NCBI GenBank assembly: GCA_964035545.1 | Contig: OZ037767.1 | Location: forward strand, 6,402,707 to 6,466,706 | Direction: 5' to 3' | From: Bugula neritina | Taxonomy: Eukaryota > Animalia > Bryozoa | DNA: 64,000 bases | In this document: positions 49,601 to 61,600 of the stretch, one piece after another | Position numbering within the stretch: the stretch's first letter is position 1 | How the letters are laid out: every line of letters begins with the position of its first letter | The notes under the pieces: generated by a model | The model's input: the letters and a program-made list of their open reading frames with translations, nothing else | Databases searched by the model: none | Told to the model about the DNA's origin: nothing | Position numbers and translations under genes: made by a program

Positions 49601-52600
49601 CAATTATTTACATACAAAAATTTTATAAAACTCAACAAATTTAATATAAAATTAGCATTACAACTTGTATCAACCAATCACAATATATCAAAATTAGTTG
49701 ACCTAGCTTTGAGTTAGTTAAATTATTGCCAGAATGATTTAACTTGCAAGTCCGATAAAAATCACCTTGACCTAGTCTCTATATTCACAATATTGTTATT
49801 GAGGGCCGTCAACTTGGCGCAACGTGTACTGCTCGATGGCTCTAATAATATTTTTTACTACACTAGAATAGCCATATCGTGTTGTTTTGCATGATTGTTG
49901 GCTTCCACAGGAACATTTAATGAATTAGGGCCATTTTACTTTATTTAGTACACATCAGCAGATTATGATCAAACATTTTAAAGTTTGCTCAAAATTCATG
50001 AAAACTTACTAAATGGGGTAATAGAATTTGCTAATTCTATCTATGCCTAACAAAAATGACTGGGAAGAGGTCCTGCAACATTTAAGCGCGGCGTCATTGT
50101 CACACGAGCTAAATATACATTTGTGAATCATCATGGCCTATATAATATCTCAATGTAATAATAAATTAGGAATAGACATAGAAAATCATGCTTAATTGAA
50201 AAAGCCTTAATTATTCAGTTTTATTTGTTAAAATTTTGATAGTTTGAGGCAAAAATCTATATACAATAGCAGCGAAATTGTAAAAAATCGCCAAAAGCTC
50301 GAGTCGTCGAGTGTACACCAAATTAACTAACATGGTCCACTTAATAATACTGTCCGGTATAAGCACAACATCATTTCCTACTCCTTTTGGGAAAAGAGAT
50401 TCTATTAGATTCCCTATCACCTACCAATGTTCTAGTGGGTTTAATGCCGCAGTTTCATATGGCTACCTGGAGGTGTGCTCTGGTGACATTGTCCAATAGC
50501 TTCATCTATAGGAGGCAAAGTACATAAGTTAAAGGCACATCGCAAATAGCATTGCTGACCTTGGTTTCCCAAGCCTTTTGCCTTGTAAATGTCATGGAGG
50601 AGCACTTAGCATAATTGTAGCAACATAGCATAAACTTGGTAGCTTGTATGAATAGTAATCCTGAAAAAAAGCACTAGTGTCACCAAATCACACTTTTCTT
50701 CTACCATTTAGTATGACTCTCTTTCCAATATTTTACATTGTTGCCCCTGAGAGGCCATGGGAAGGCAGCAAATTGTTCATTATAGGGCTTTGTCTCGAAC
50801 TTTCTCACCCAGTACGCTGTGGTCCAGGATGAGTAGCGGTTTTGCAGGGCACCAAGTGCTATCAGAGAGTGTCATCTGATTCTATTGCCAACATCTTCAT
50901 ATGAGAAGCCACATTTCAGTATGCCATCCTTCACTGTATCCATTAACCTTTTTTTGCCCCCCTTCTCTTTCTCTGTATCTTCTTCTCAGCCACATTATAA
51001 TATCTTCCTCCGTATCTCTTCTGCGCACATGTCCATACCATTGAAGAGGTCTCCTCCCCATGTCTATTGCAATAGCTTCTATTTTGGCCTCCTCCTTTAT
51101 ATTATCATTTGTTACATGGTCTTCCCAATTCATATTGTAAATGTTTCGAAGCATCCTCATCTCAGTTGCACTTATCTGCTTCAATATTGACAAAAGCAAC
51201 TGGGTGGCATCATTCTTTTAGTGGGTCACTGCAGAGTTCAATCTTCCGTTTGACAGACTCCCTGTCCTTTGAATCAGATTGGATTCTTGATTGCATCTCA
51301 TCCTTATGAGCAGTAAAAGTATTTATTTCAGACTCATTCCTGATGTCACTGCGGCCTTACTGCATCTTGTTGCATGCAGAAGTGCTGTACACCCACACCT
51401 TGACAATTTCAGTTTATTGGTGATGCCAATGATTCCCCCTTGCTTTGATCAAATCTTACGAAGGTCACCTCAATGGTCATGTCCGACCAGATGCCGTCGA
51501 GCTGGCCGCGTTTATGATGCATTGTGTGGTTACCAGCCGCAAATTAAATCCTTACATCTTGTGGCATGACCTCCACGCTATGCAGATAGTGCATTTCCTC
51601 TTCCATTGCTAGATGTAAGGCCCAGTCTCATTCTCTAACAGCTATGATGTGGGTGTTGATGGTAAAAATTGGACCAATAAAGCACATGGCCCACAGTTTT
51701 GCTGTTCTTGAGCTCTCTGCAATCTTAATCAACATCTTTTCAAGTTTCTTCATGCTAGTGATTACACTTTCATCAAGACTGGCTTTAACAGTTCTCCCAC
51801 CAATATTCTCAGACCTTGTGCATTCTGGAGAAACTTTTTCTATTTAGCATTTTGGAGAAACTACCAAAAGTAGAATTAACTACTTTTACCAAATCACTTT
51901 CAGCTATTAGTGTTCTAGTGCACCCAACATAGGTCATTAAAAAGAGAGAAATTAATAGTAAACGTTAATGAAAGGGGATTGGTGTGAAAAAGGTAGGGAA
52001 CCACTGTTTTAATAGATGTATTACTTCCCTCAGCATGAAATACATTTTCAATCATAAAAAACTCTTTACAAATGCTTTTAGAGGAAAAGTGAAATGTGCT
52101 GATTGTAGAAATAGTTTTCGAAAGCAAAAATGTCAATATTTAGATAAATGATGTGTCAATAATAAAGCAATTAAATTATGTTAAGAAGCCATGGTGCTGT
52201 GTTATTAAGGTTGTTGACCCCTTTTTATAACTTTAAAAAATATAGCTAAAGTTTTAAAACTGAAAATAACTATTAAGTTGGCAGCTCAACAAACCTTTTC
52301 GATAGGCATGCCAGTTGGAAATAAATTGCTATTTAGCTCATATGGCAATGACGTTGCATTTTAAGTTTGCAAAACCCCTTTCAGCTTTATTTGGTGGACA
52401 TATTCGTAATCAGCATATAAAATCACACCATATAGTAAATTTTCATGAAGTTAGAACAAACTGATACAGAGATGCAAGGAAATTATAAACAGGGCAAGGC
52501 TAGGTTAAACTTGAAAAAATGAATGATTAAGACTTAGCTTAGTTACCCTTGGGTATCATTTGCCTATTACTCAATAATACATATGATAAAGGCACATGCA

Positions 52601-55600
52601 TCTTTATTATATTAATTTTTAAAGATTTCAAAGCATTGTAACCTTAAATTTAGCCCCAATGGGTAGGTACATTTGAATTAGAAAAAATCGTTTGGTGCCT
52701 GGCGGCCATCTTGAATTTCTCAAAATGCTCAAGGGTAAGAAGTCCACACCCACCTGGAAACATTTACCTAGACCCTATATTTGAATAATCAGGAGAGAAA
52801 AAAACTTTATCCGGGATTGCGAACCTAAGTCAAAAATTGGCATTTTTCTGCCAGACTATATACACTCATTACTTCTACTTACATTTCTGTTCTCATTCCA
52901 CTGAAGCGAAAGACAAAACCCTTCTCCAAGATTCACCACATTACCATACATTTCTGTCTACAATCATAATGTATTTAAACTAAACTTGGCAACTCTGCCA
53001 TGTTTCATTGTGCTGTGTTATAGGTAAGTGATGAACATCATCTACCATGTAAGCTGTATAGAAAGCAATTATTATAATTGCCAATTACAATTATTCTACT
53101 GTTTGACTATAAAAAATATAGGAAGAGCACTTTTCTAAAAATAAGAATTATGCTTTAAAGCAAGCTATAAATTCCTTTTGAGCTGTTTCAGTTTTATTAC
53201 CATATTATGTCATAAAATTCAAACACAAGGTAAAGGTCAGTATAAGTATCTCATTAGTAAGCTACAGGTTTTAAGTTTTTATGATAAATTATCGAAAAAT
53301 ATATAAATTTTGTTGGGACTTTACATAAACTGGGAAAGCTTTTCCCTAATACATGATAGCTTTTCACATATCATTTCAGCTAGGCCAGCTATATTATGCT
53401 TTTTCTACATTCATTACAGCTACTACCCAAAATCTAACTTTTTGACTAGCATAAAAAACCGGCATTTTTTACTTATCCACACTTGCATCTCACACTTGTA
53501 CTTGCAACTTATAACTTATGGGATAACCTTTTCCCCGCAGTGCTATTTTCTTTCAGTCGGCGACAATAAATATTTATTTCTCTAACTTAAAACACAACAG
53601 ATTTGTTTAAAAGATGATTGTGTAAGCAGTAGAGCTAGAGTAGTGGAAGAGTGTAAGGCAATGTGATGAGTCCAAGGGCAATAAAAACACTTTAGATGCT
53701 TCAAAGTTGCAACGTTTGTGGCTTAAACTACTTTTTTATACAACTTGAAAAACAAATTGTTGAGCTGAAATTGAATCTGCAATTTCTGAATTAAAACAAA
53801 TTAAAAAGCACATTTTAAAAACAGATTTGCCTTAAAAAGTTTTAGCAAAGTCATGACTAGACTAAAAGTAAAACAAGCAGAGAACAATTTGTTAATGAAA
53901 CATTTTATTACCTCCCCAAACTAATCTTACCGAGTCTTCGGATGAAGAGAACACAGAATACCGAAGCCAAACGTAAAGATGTATTTGGTTAATGTAAGAT
54001 CCACTGTTAACTCGAACTTGACTTGTCACAGCAGTTCCATTAATGTTAAATATAGAACTAGCAAAGGTCAGACTTTGCAGTGGGAACGGGAAAAGGTAGT
54101 CATCCTGCAGTATTGGGTATGAAATTGGGACATCTCTACAGTAAAATGTTAAATTGCTATAAAAATAGAAATCGTAAACAACCATAAATATATTAAGGTG
54201 TATAAACTAGTAAATCAGTTTCAGTGTCAAAAGTTGAGCTATGAGTTCTGAGCAAACCAATAAAAATTATTGCAGTAGAGAAATTATTGCAGTATTAAAC
54301 CAATAAATCAGTAAATTAAAGAGCCAGCAACTAATAAATAAATGTTGAAAATGTTGAAAAAATAGTATTAGATATTACAAATGTATGTGGCTATATCTTG
54401 ACATAGTAGCAATACTTTGTGAACAGAGCTATAAAAGTTCAGAGCTGTTATCTAAAGTTACTGAAAAACTGTTTAATTAAACTCTAGTAGTACCAGTACA
54501 AAGTAAGACAATTAGTCTGGCAGAACTGGGGGTTAGGTTCGCAATCTCGGATAAAGTTTTTTTCTCTTTTGATTATTTATCTTGAGGGTCCAGGTAGATG
54601 TTTCCAGGTGGGTGTGGACCTGCCACCCTTGAGCATTTCGAGAAATCCAAGATGGCCGCCAATTATGAAAAAATCGTAATCTAGTCGGCATAAAGTCTAT
54701 ATTATGTTGCAAAAACAAAATTTTTTTGATGATTCAAATAGATGTGCATTTTTGGAATGAATATGTGCCATGCCAGTAAAAAAGGAATCAAAATAAAGAG
54801 CCAAGAGACATGTTTCTCAGCTCAAAAATCGGAATTGCTTCAATAAAACATTACATATGGTGCAGAGAAATGATACAAGGTTTTTAAATAGCTGTTTGGA
54901 CACCGGACAGATATATAAAGAAAAACATTGCTTATTGCCAGTGAATAGAAAGTGAAAAAAGATACAGATGCAGCATATTGCTCAGCTAAAGTTAAAATGG
55001 AACATATATATAATTGTACAAATGCGACAAACTTTCACTCATGTTCATATTAAACACCTTTTCATTTTTTTTCTATCATTAGCATTTGTTAGAAATGTTA
55101 GTTCATTGCAGCACACTCCTGTTGCTGCTTCACAAGGGCAGAACTCTGTGCATGGGATAGATGTACTAGAATAGCCATATCTTGTTGTGTTGCATGATTG
55201 TTGGCTTCCACAGGAGCATTTAATGAATTTGAGCCATTTTACTTTATTTAGTACACATCAGCAGATTATGATCCAACATTTTTATGTTTGCTCAAAATTC
55301 ATGATAGACTTTGCTGATTCTATCTATGCATAACAAAATGACTGGGAAGAGGTCCTGCAACATTTAAGCGCAGCGTCATTGTCATATGAGCTACATATAT
55401 ATTTGTGAATCATCACGGCCTATATAATATCTCAATGTAATAATAAATTAGGAAACGACATAGAAAATCATGCATAATTGGAAAAGCCTTAATTATTCAG
55501 AGTTTTATTTGTTAAAATTTTGATAGTTTGAGGCAAAAATCTATATACAATAGCAGCTAAATTGTAAAAAATTGCCAAAAGCTAGAGTCGTCGAGTGTAC

Positions 55601-58600
55601 ACTGAATTGACTAAAATGATCCACTTCATAATACTGTCTGGTGTAAGCATAGCATCATTTCCTACTCCTTTTGGGAAGAGAGATTCTATTAGATCCCCTT
55701 TCACCTACCAATGTTCTAGTGGGTTTAATGCCAAAGTTTCATATGGCTACCTGGAGGTGTGCTCTGGTGACATTGTCCAATAGCTTCATCTGTAGGAGGC
55801 AAAGTACATCGCAAATAGCATTGCTGACCTTGGTCTTGTAGATGTCATGAAGGAGCACTTTGCATAATTGTAGCAACATAGCATAAACTTGGTAGCTTGT
55901 ATGAATAGTCATCCTGAAAAAATCACACTTTCCTTTGGCCCCTCTCTTCCTCTTTCTCTATATCTTCATCTCAGCCACGTTTATGATGCATTGTGTGGTT
56001 ACCAGCCATGAATTCAATCCTTACATCTTGGGGCATGACCTCCATGCTGTGCAGATAGTGCATTTCCTCTTCCATTGCTAGGTGTAAGGCCCAGTCTCCT
56101 TCTCTAACAGCTATGGTGTGGGTGTTGATGATAAAAATTGGTCCAATAAAGCACATGACCCACAGTTTTGCTGTTATTGAGCTCTTTGCAATCTTAATCA
56201 ACATCTTTTCAAGGTCTTTCATGCTAGTGATTACACTTTCATCAAGACTAGCTTTAACAGTTCTCCCACCAATATTCTCAAACCTCGTACATTCTGGGGA
56301 AACTTTTTCTATTTAGCATTTTGGAGAAACCACCAAAAGTAGAATTAACTATTTCTACCAAATCACTTTTAGCTATTAGTGTTCCAGTGCACCCAACATA
56401 GGTCATTAAAAGAGGAGAAATTAATAGTAAACGTTAATGAAAGGGGTTGGTATGAAAAAGGTAGGAAACCACTGTTCTAATAGATGTATTACTTCCCCCA
56501 GCATGAAATACATTTTCATTCATAAAAAACTGTTTACAAAAGCTTTTAGAGGAAAAGTCGAATGTGCTAATTGTAGAAATAGTTTTCGAAAGCAAAAATG
56601 TCAGATAAATGATGCGTCAATAATAAAGCAATTAAATTATGTTAAGAAGCCATGGTGCTGTGTTATTAAGGTTGTTGACCCCTTTTTATAACTTTAAAAA
56701 ACATAGCTAAAGTTTTAAAACTGAAAACAACTATTAAGTTGGCAGCTCAACAAACCTTTTTGATAGGCATGCTAGTTTGAAATAAATTGCTATTTAGCTC
56801 ATATGGCAATGACGTTGCATTTTAAGTTTGCAGAACCGCTTTCAGCTTTATTTGGTGGACATATTTGTAATCAGCATATAAAATCACACCGCATAGTAAA
56901 TTTTCATAAAGTTAGAACAAACTGATGCAGAAATACAAGGAAATTATAAACACGGCAAGGCTAAAATGAATGATTAAGGCTTAGCTTAGTTACCCTTGGG
57001 TATCATTTGCCTATTACTCAATAATTTACATGATAAAGGTACATACATCCTTATTATATTAATTTCTAAAGATTTCAAAGCATTGGAACCATAAATTTAG
57101 CCCCAATGGGTAGGTACATTTGAATTAGAAAAAATCGTTTGGTGCCTGGCGGCCATCTTGAATTTCTCAAAATGCTCAAGGGTAAGAAGTCCACACCCAC
57201 CTGGAAACATGTTCCTAGACCCTATATTTGAATAATCAGGAGAGAAAAAAACTTTATCCGGGGTTGCGAACCTAAGTCAAAAATTGGCATTTTTCTGCCA
57301 GACTAAATGCCTTTCAACACTTACTGCATGTCTCTGTGAAGATCAACATCTAGAAAGTCATTACTCGGTGTTAGAAGTTTAACAACTGGGTGTAAAACCG
57401 AACCAGGAATAAATACTACCGGCCTAAGAGCTGTAAATAAAGGAGCAGATTATAGATGCAATATAGAAGATTACAATGTGCAATTTAAAATTTTTATTGA
57501 AATATTATAACTAAGTGAGAAAATGATGGGAGTTGTCTGACTAATCTCCATTTGCACTCAGACTAGGCTGCAGGTATGGAGCAGTTTGCAAGGTTGTGTG
57601 TACCTAGTCTGAATTCTCTTTGTTGACAACTAATTAACAAAAACATGTTTACTAAAATGATTGTTTTAAACTACAACTAATTCACTGCTAAACTATGGTA
57701 GGGCTACAGTTTGCAAGTCGTGGATATGCTGGAAATACGACTGTACTACAGCCAAGCTGTTGGTGACACTTTCATTTGAGGTAACAGTTTAAAGGTAATG
57801 TAGTCTGGTACTACATGGCATTACCTGGTGTTATGCTGTAAGATAATTATTTTAACAATACTATATGACGTATACACAAAAGTCTGGTCAATACATACTA
57901 AGGATATCACAGAATTCTTTACCACCACTAGATGTGATATAGTAACCTGGCCAGAGAGTGTCGCCGCAGCTGTCAAAATATCCTGTAAATACATTAAAGT
58001 ATGGAATTTGAGATCAACAAGCTCCATATATGAATATTACACTGGTACAATCACAGTCTTGGTACATCTCCTAAAACAATAGTTTACCAGACTACCATCA
58101 TATAACATTAGGATATCTATAGATAAAGTTTGAATTTGGTGTAAACATTTCAACTTCTATTATTGTTTGCTGGAGTGGTGACTATAGGTACCGATTTAGT
58201 TGTAAGCGGTAATGAGGTATCGGGTGAATTTGAAGGACATAGGTACAATGTATGCGCTAATAATTAGTCAACTTGTTTAATTAATTTCACTATTCAAACA
58301 GTAGCTCTATTTCATGCAAATTTAGTTGAAGACATGCTTTGAATCATGTTTGGCAAAAGTAGCAAAAATGAGAAAATAGGTAAAATGGCAAACTTTGCAT
58401 ATTGGGGTGAAGGGAGGTTGGTAGTTGGTAGTTTAAAATGAAGGTTGGGGGTTTGGGTCTTTGGAGGTAGGGGCAAATTTAACATCAGTGTGCCATTTTT
58501 ACTTGCTTTTACATTTGTGCCATCACTACCTGTGCCATTATTACTTGTGCCATGGTCGCATGTATCATTGTTACATAAAATACCTTTGAATAACATACTA

Positions 58601-61600
58601 TTTGAATGAAATAGCATCAACCATGTGAGTCTACATCAATCAAAGTCTTGTTTTAAATTCAAAACATGAAAGCAAAATAACTTTGAATTGACTGAATACA
58701 GGTGGATGTTTGACTTGATTCAACGCAGCTCAATTGCTGACTTGAGTTATAGTAAGCATACTTGAATGGAGATGGAGAGAAGAGAGGACACTTGTTGAAT
58801 ACATGCCAAGACTTGCACTTCTCATCTGAAGATGTGCCAAGCTACGGATTTCAATATCATTTCTGCGAGAGATAAGAGAACTTCTCCCTATACAAGTTCC
58901 ATTCACTAGATAGTAGGAGTAGTCACAATCTATGAAACAACAGAGTATTACATGAAATAAATAGCCAAAACTGTAACACTATAATTAATTGAAACTAAAT
59001 CAATTGAAAAAGACCAGTGAGACTGGTTTGAAAATTCTAGCCAGCTCATAACCAATCACTTGGTTATCAACGTGGTCATTTAAAAATGTATTTGTGTTTT
59101 ATGAGCTACTATCTAGAGGTTAACTGACCCAACATAACAATGAACAATTATTTGTATGACAAATTATCAATCAAATTGGGACTTTCAAAAATTATATACC
59201 ATAAAAATGGATGCCATACACAATAACAGTGACCAAACATTTATCATAGTTCCAGTATGTAATATCAATATACATATGTATATATTATTTAGCTTATTTT
59301 TCCAATTGTCCACAGATAAAAATTAAAAGTAAATGGAAGCTTGGCCACTGGAATTGAAAAGATAAAATTACAAAATTTTAATCAAATTGACATGTCTAAC
59401 TTTTCCTAGATGAATGTACAAAGATCAAAACCAGTTAATGAAATAGAGCTGCTGTTTCTGATATCTACCTTTCTTGTCAAAGCGACGAAGATATGGGTTG
59501 TTCCATGCTAGCTTGTTAGAAAATGTAGCATTAGAGTCATAATCACATCGGTACTCTTGCGAGAACAGAGCGCAGTCAGTCATATTAAGAACTGAGGCTT
59601 GAAAATAGACGCAGTTTGGTTCCAGAAAGCATGCTAAGCCGCATTCGTGTAGTGAAGTATCGCTGCAAAAAGGCAAGAATATTGCACATAGCATACAACA
59701 CAAGGTTTCAGTTGCTTCATAAGGTATACCTCTGTTATGTCAACTTATATCATTGAAACATTTTACAACTCCTCATAAAACTGTACAAATGACAGCATAT
59801 CACTATTGTTACACTTGGGTTTTCTAAATTAAGAGGTATGGTTAAAAAATTAAATAATGGCAAAAAATCCGCCACAACCAAATTCATTTATTTGACACAA
59901 AATATTACATCATATATAAGTAAACACAGTCAGTGGTAGGAACATACATGTATTGATAAAATGGTACCCCGTTAAGACAAAGACTACTGCTTAAAGAGAA
60001 CTGATATTGCGTAACAGAGATGAGTTCGTTTAGAATAGCAAATGATGACATTTCAACCATTTCTTCTTCCGCATCTACAATAAAATTGATATCATCTATA
60101 GGCAGGTTTTGGTACAAATTGCTATGAATAAGTATTGCTTTAGGACTATCTTTTGGTAGCCTACAAGAAGGCCTATGCTACTACATTAAAACACATTTAT
60201 ATGTCAAAAAGAATTTGTTTTGCAGATTCTACAACAATGATTAAGAAGTTACAGAAAATCAATTTTGCTTATAAACTAATATATAACCAAAGAAATCTGT
60301 TTAAAGGCATATATCATAAAAAAAAAATTATTTATGTTGACTATCTAACAATTCAGCTTACCAATAGTTAGGAGAAACATGGTGGAGTAGTAGTTTCTGT
60401 CAAACCTGGCCGTGTCAATCAATTCAGTTGATATACTCATGCAGACGTGTGTGAGGTAGTCGTATGCAATCATTGATGAGTCATTGAAGTTATCTACACA
60501 CTGAGTAGCGTTAGCAGACGTAGTGTACGTCACGTTGTCCTCTGATGTAAATATATACTTTGTAGACGGCAGTACGTGGTAATTCTTATACATCATAGTC
60601 TCAGCTGACGCGGCGTCATCCATTGCTATTCGTGAAATAGAGTAGATAAATATTATAAACCTTAGTTCATGGGCATAGGCTGCAAACTAGGAATTATATG
60701 AAAGACATACTATTAGGCAGCTTTTATTACCAAAGACTAAAAATCAAAAACATATATAAAACAATAACTAAAACTGCATTAAAAAGCATACAGAAACTAA
60801 GACATATACACTATTACTATTTTTACAAACTTCATAGAATCCAAGGTTCTAGGTTATTGGATTTGTGAAAAATAATGGAAATTACTGGACTCTTACGTTG
60901 TATATTTTATAATTTCATACATAGGGTTTTTGCGATGCAATGAGTTAACATGAGACAATAACTTGCAAACCGTTGAAATTTTGTTCCATCCATAATTTTT
61001 TATGTAACCCAAGTTGGCAAAATTATAAATTACAGTTAAAATCCACCTTAAGAGTTCAAAAATACACATATTTTCAAGATTATATGAGTAACACAATCTT
61101 TCAAGATTACATTGTAATAGTAGCAAAATGCATATATTTGGAGATTCATCTACAGTTTCAGGGACTATGGTCAAGTCATGAGTCTTACCAATGTAATATC
61201 CATCAGTATAGACATTGACATTAACAGCCATAGAGGGAGTGCACGGAGACATGAAGCCGATTGGTTCTCCCTGTATTACTCCATCACAGTAGTCCAAAGC
61301 GTTCAAGTAACAGTAGTTCAACATCTCCGCACCAATTGTTATATTACCAGAGTCATTACCTATGCCGAAGTGTGAGCAGGTAATTAGTGGGGCCGACACT
61401 TCAACTAACCCTTCAATACAATAGAGAACACAGTTTTTAGTAACTGATTAAGAGTGCAAGTTTTATGTATTCTGAGGTAGGTGTAAAAATATTTGGTTAA
61501 ATGGAGATTTTACAAGTTTAATTTGGTAAATGTTGCAAGGAGCAGACATGGTCTAGGTCCTAGGGGTTAGAGTGTTTGCCTAGTAAACAAGAGGTCATGG

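Larger units (their letters stand above)
48213..52858 (-). mobile_element. Decayed Academ-like DNA transposon, copy 1 (with nested insertions)
   Basis: Termini TAGTCTGGCAGAA...TTCTGCCAGACTA, long imperfect TIRs, 3-bp TSD TAT. Minus-strand remnants include TAKLW, GIWSDMTIE, LLPSHGLSG..IGK, NVTRAHLQVAI and a Cys-rich end. Confidence 0.8.
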
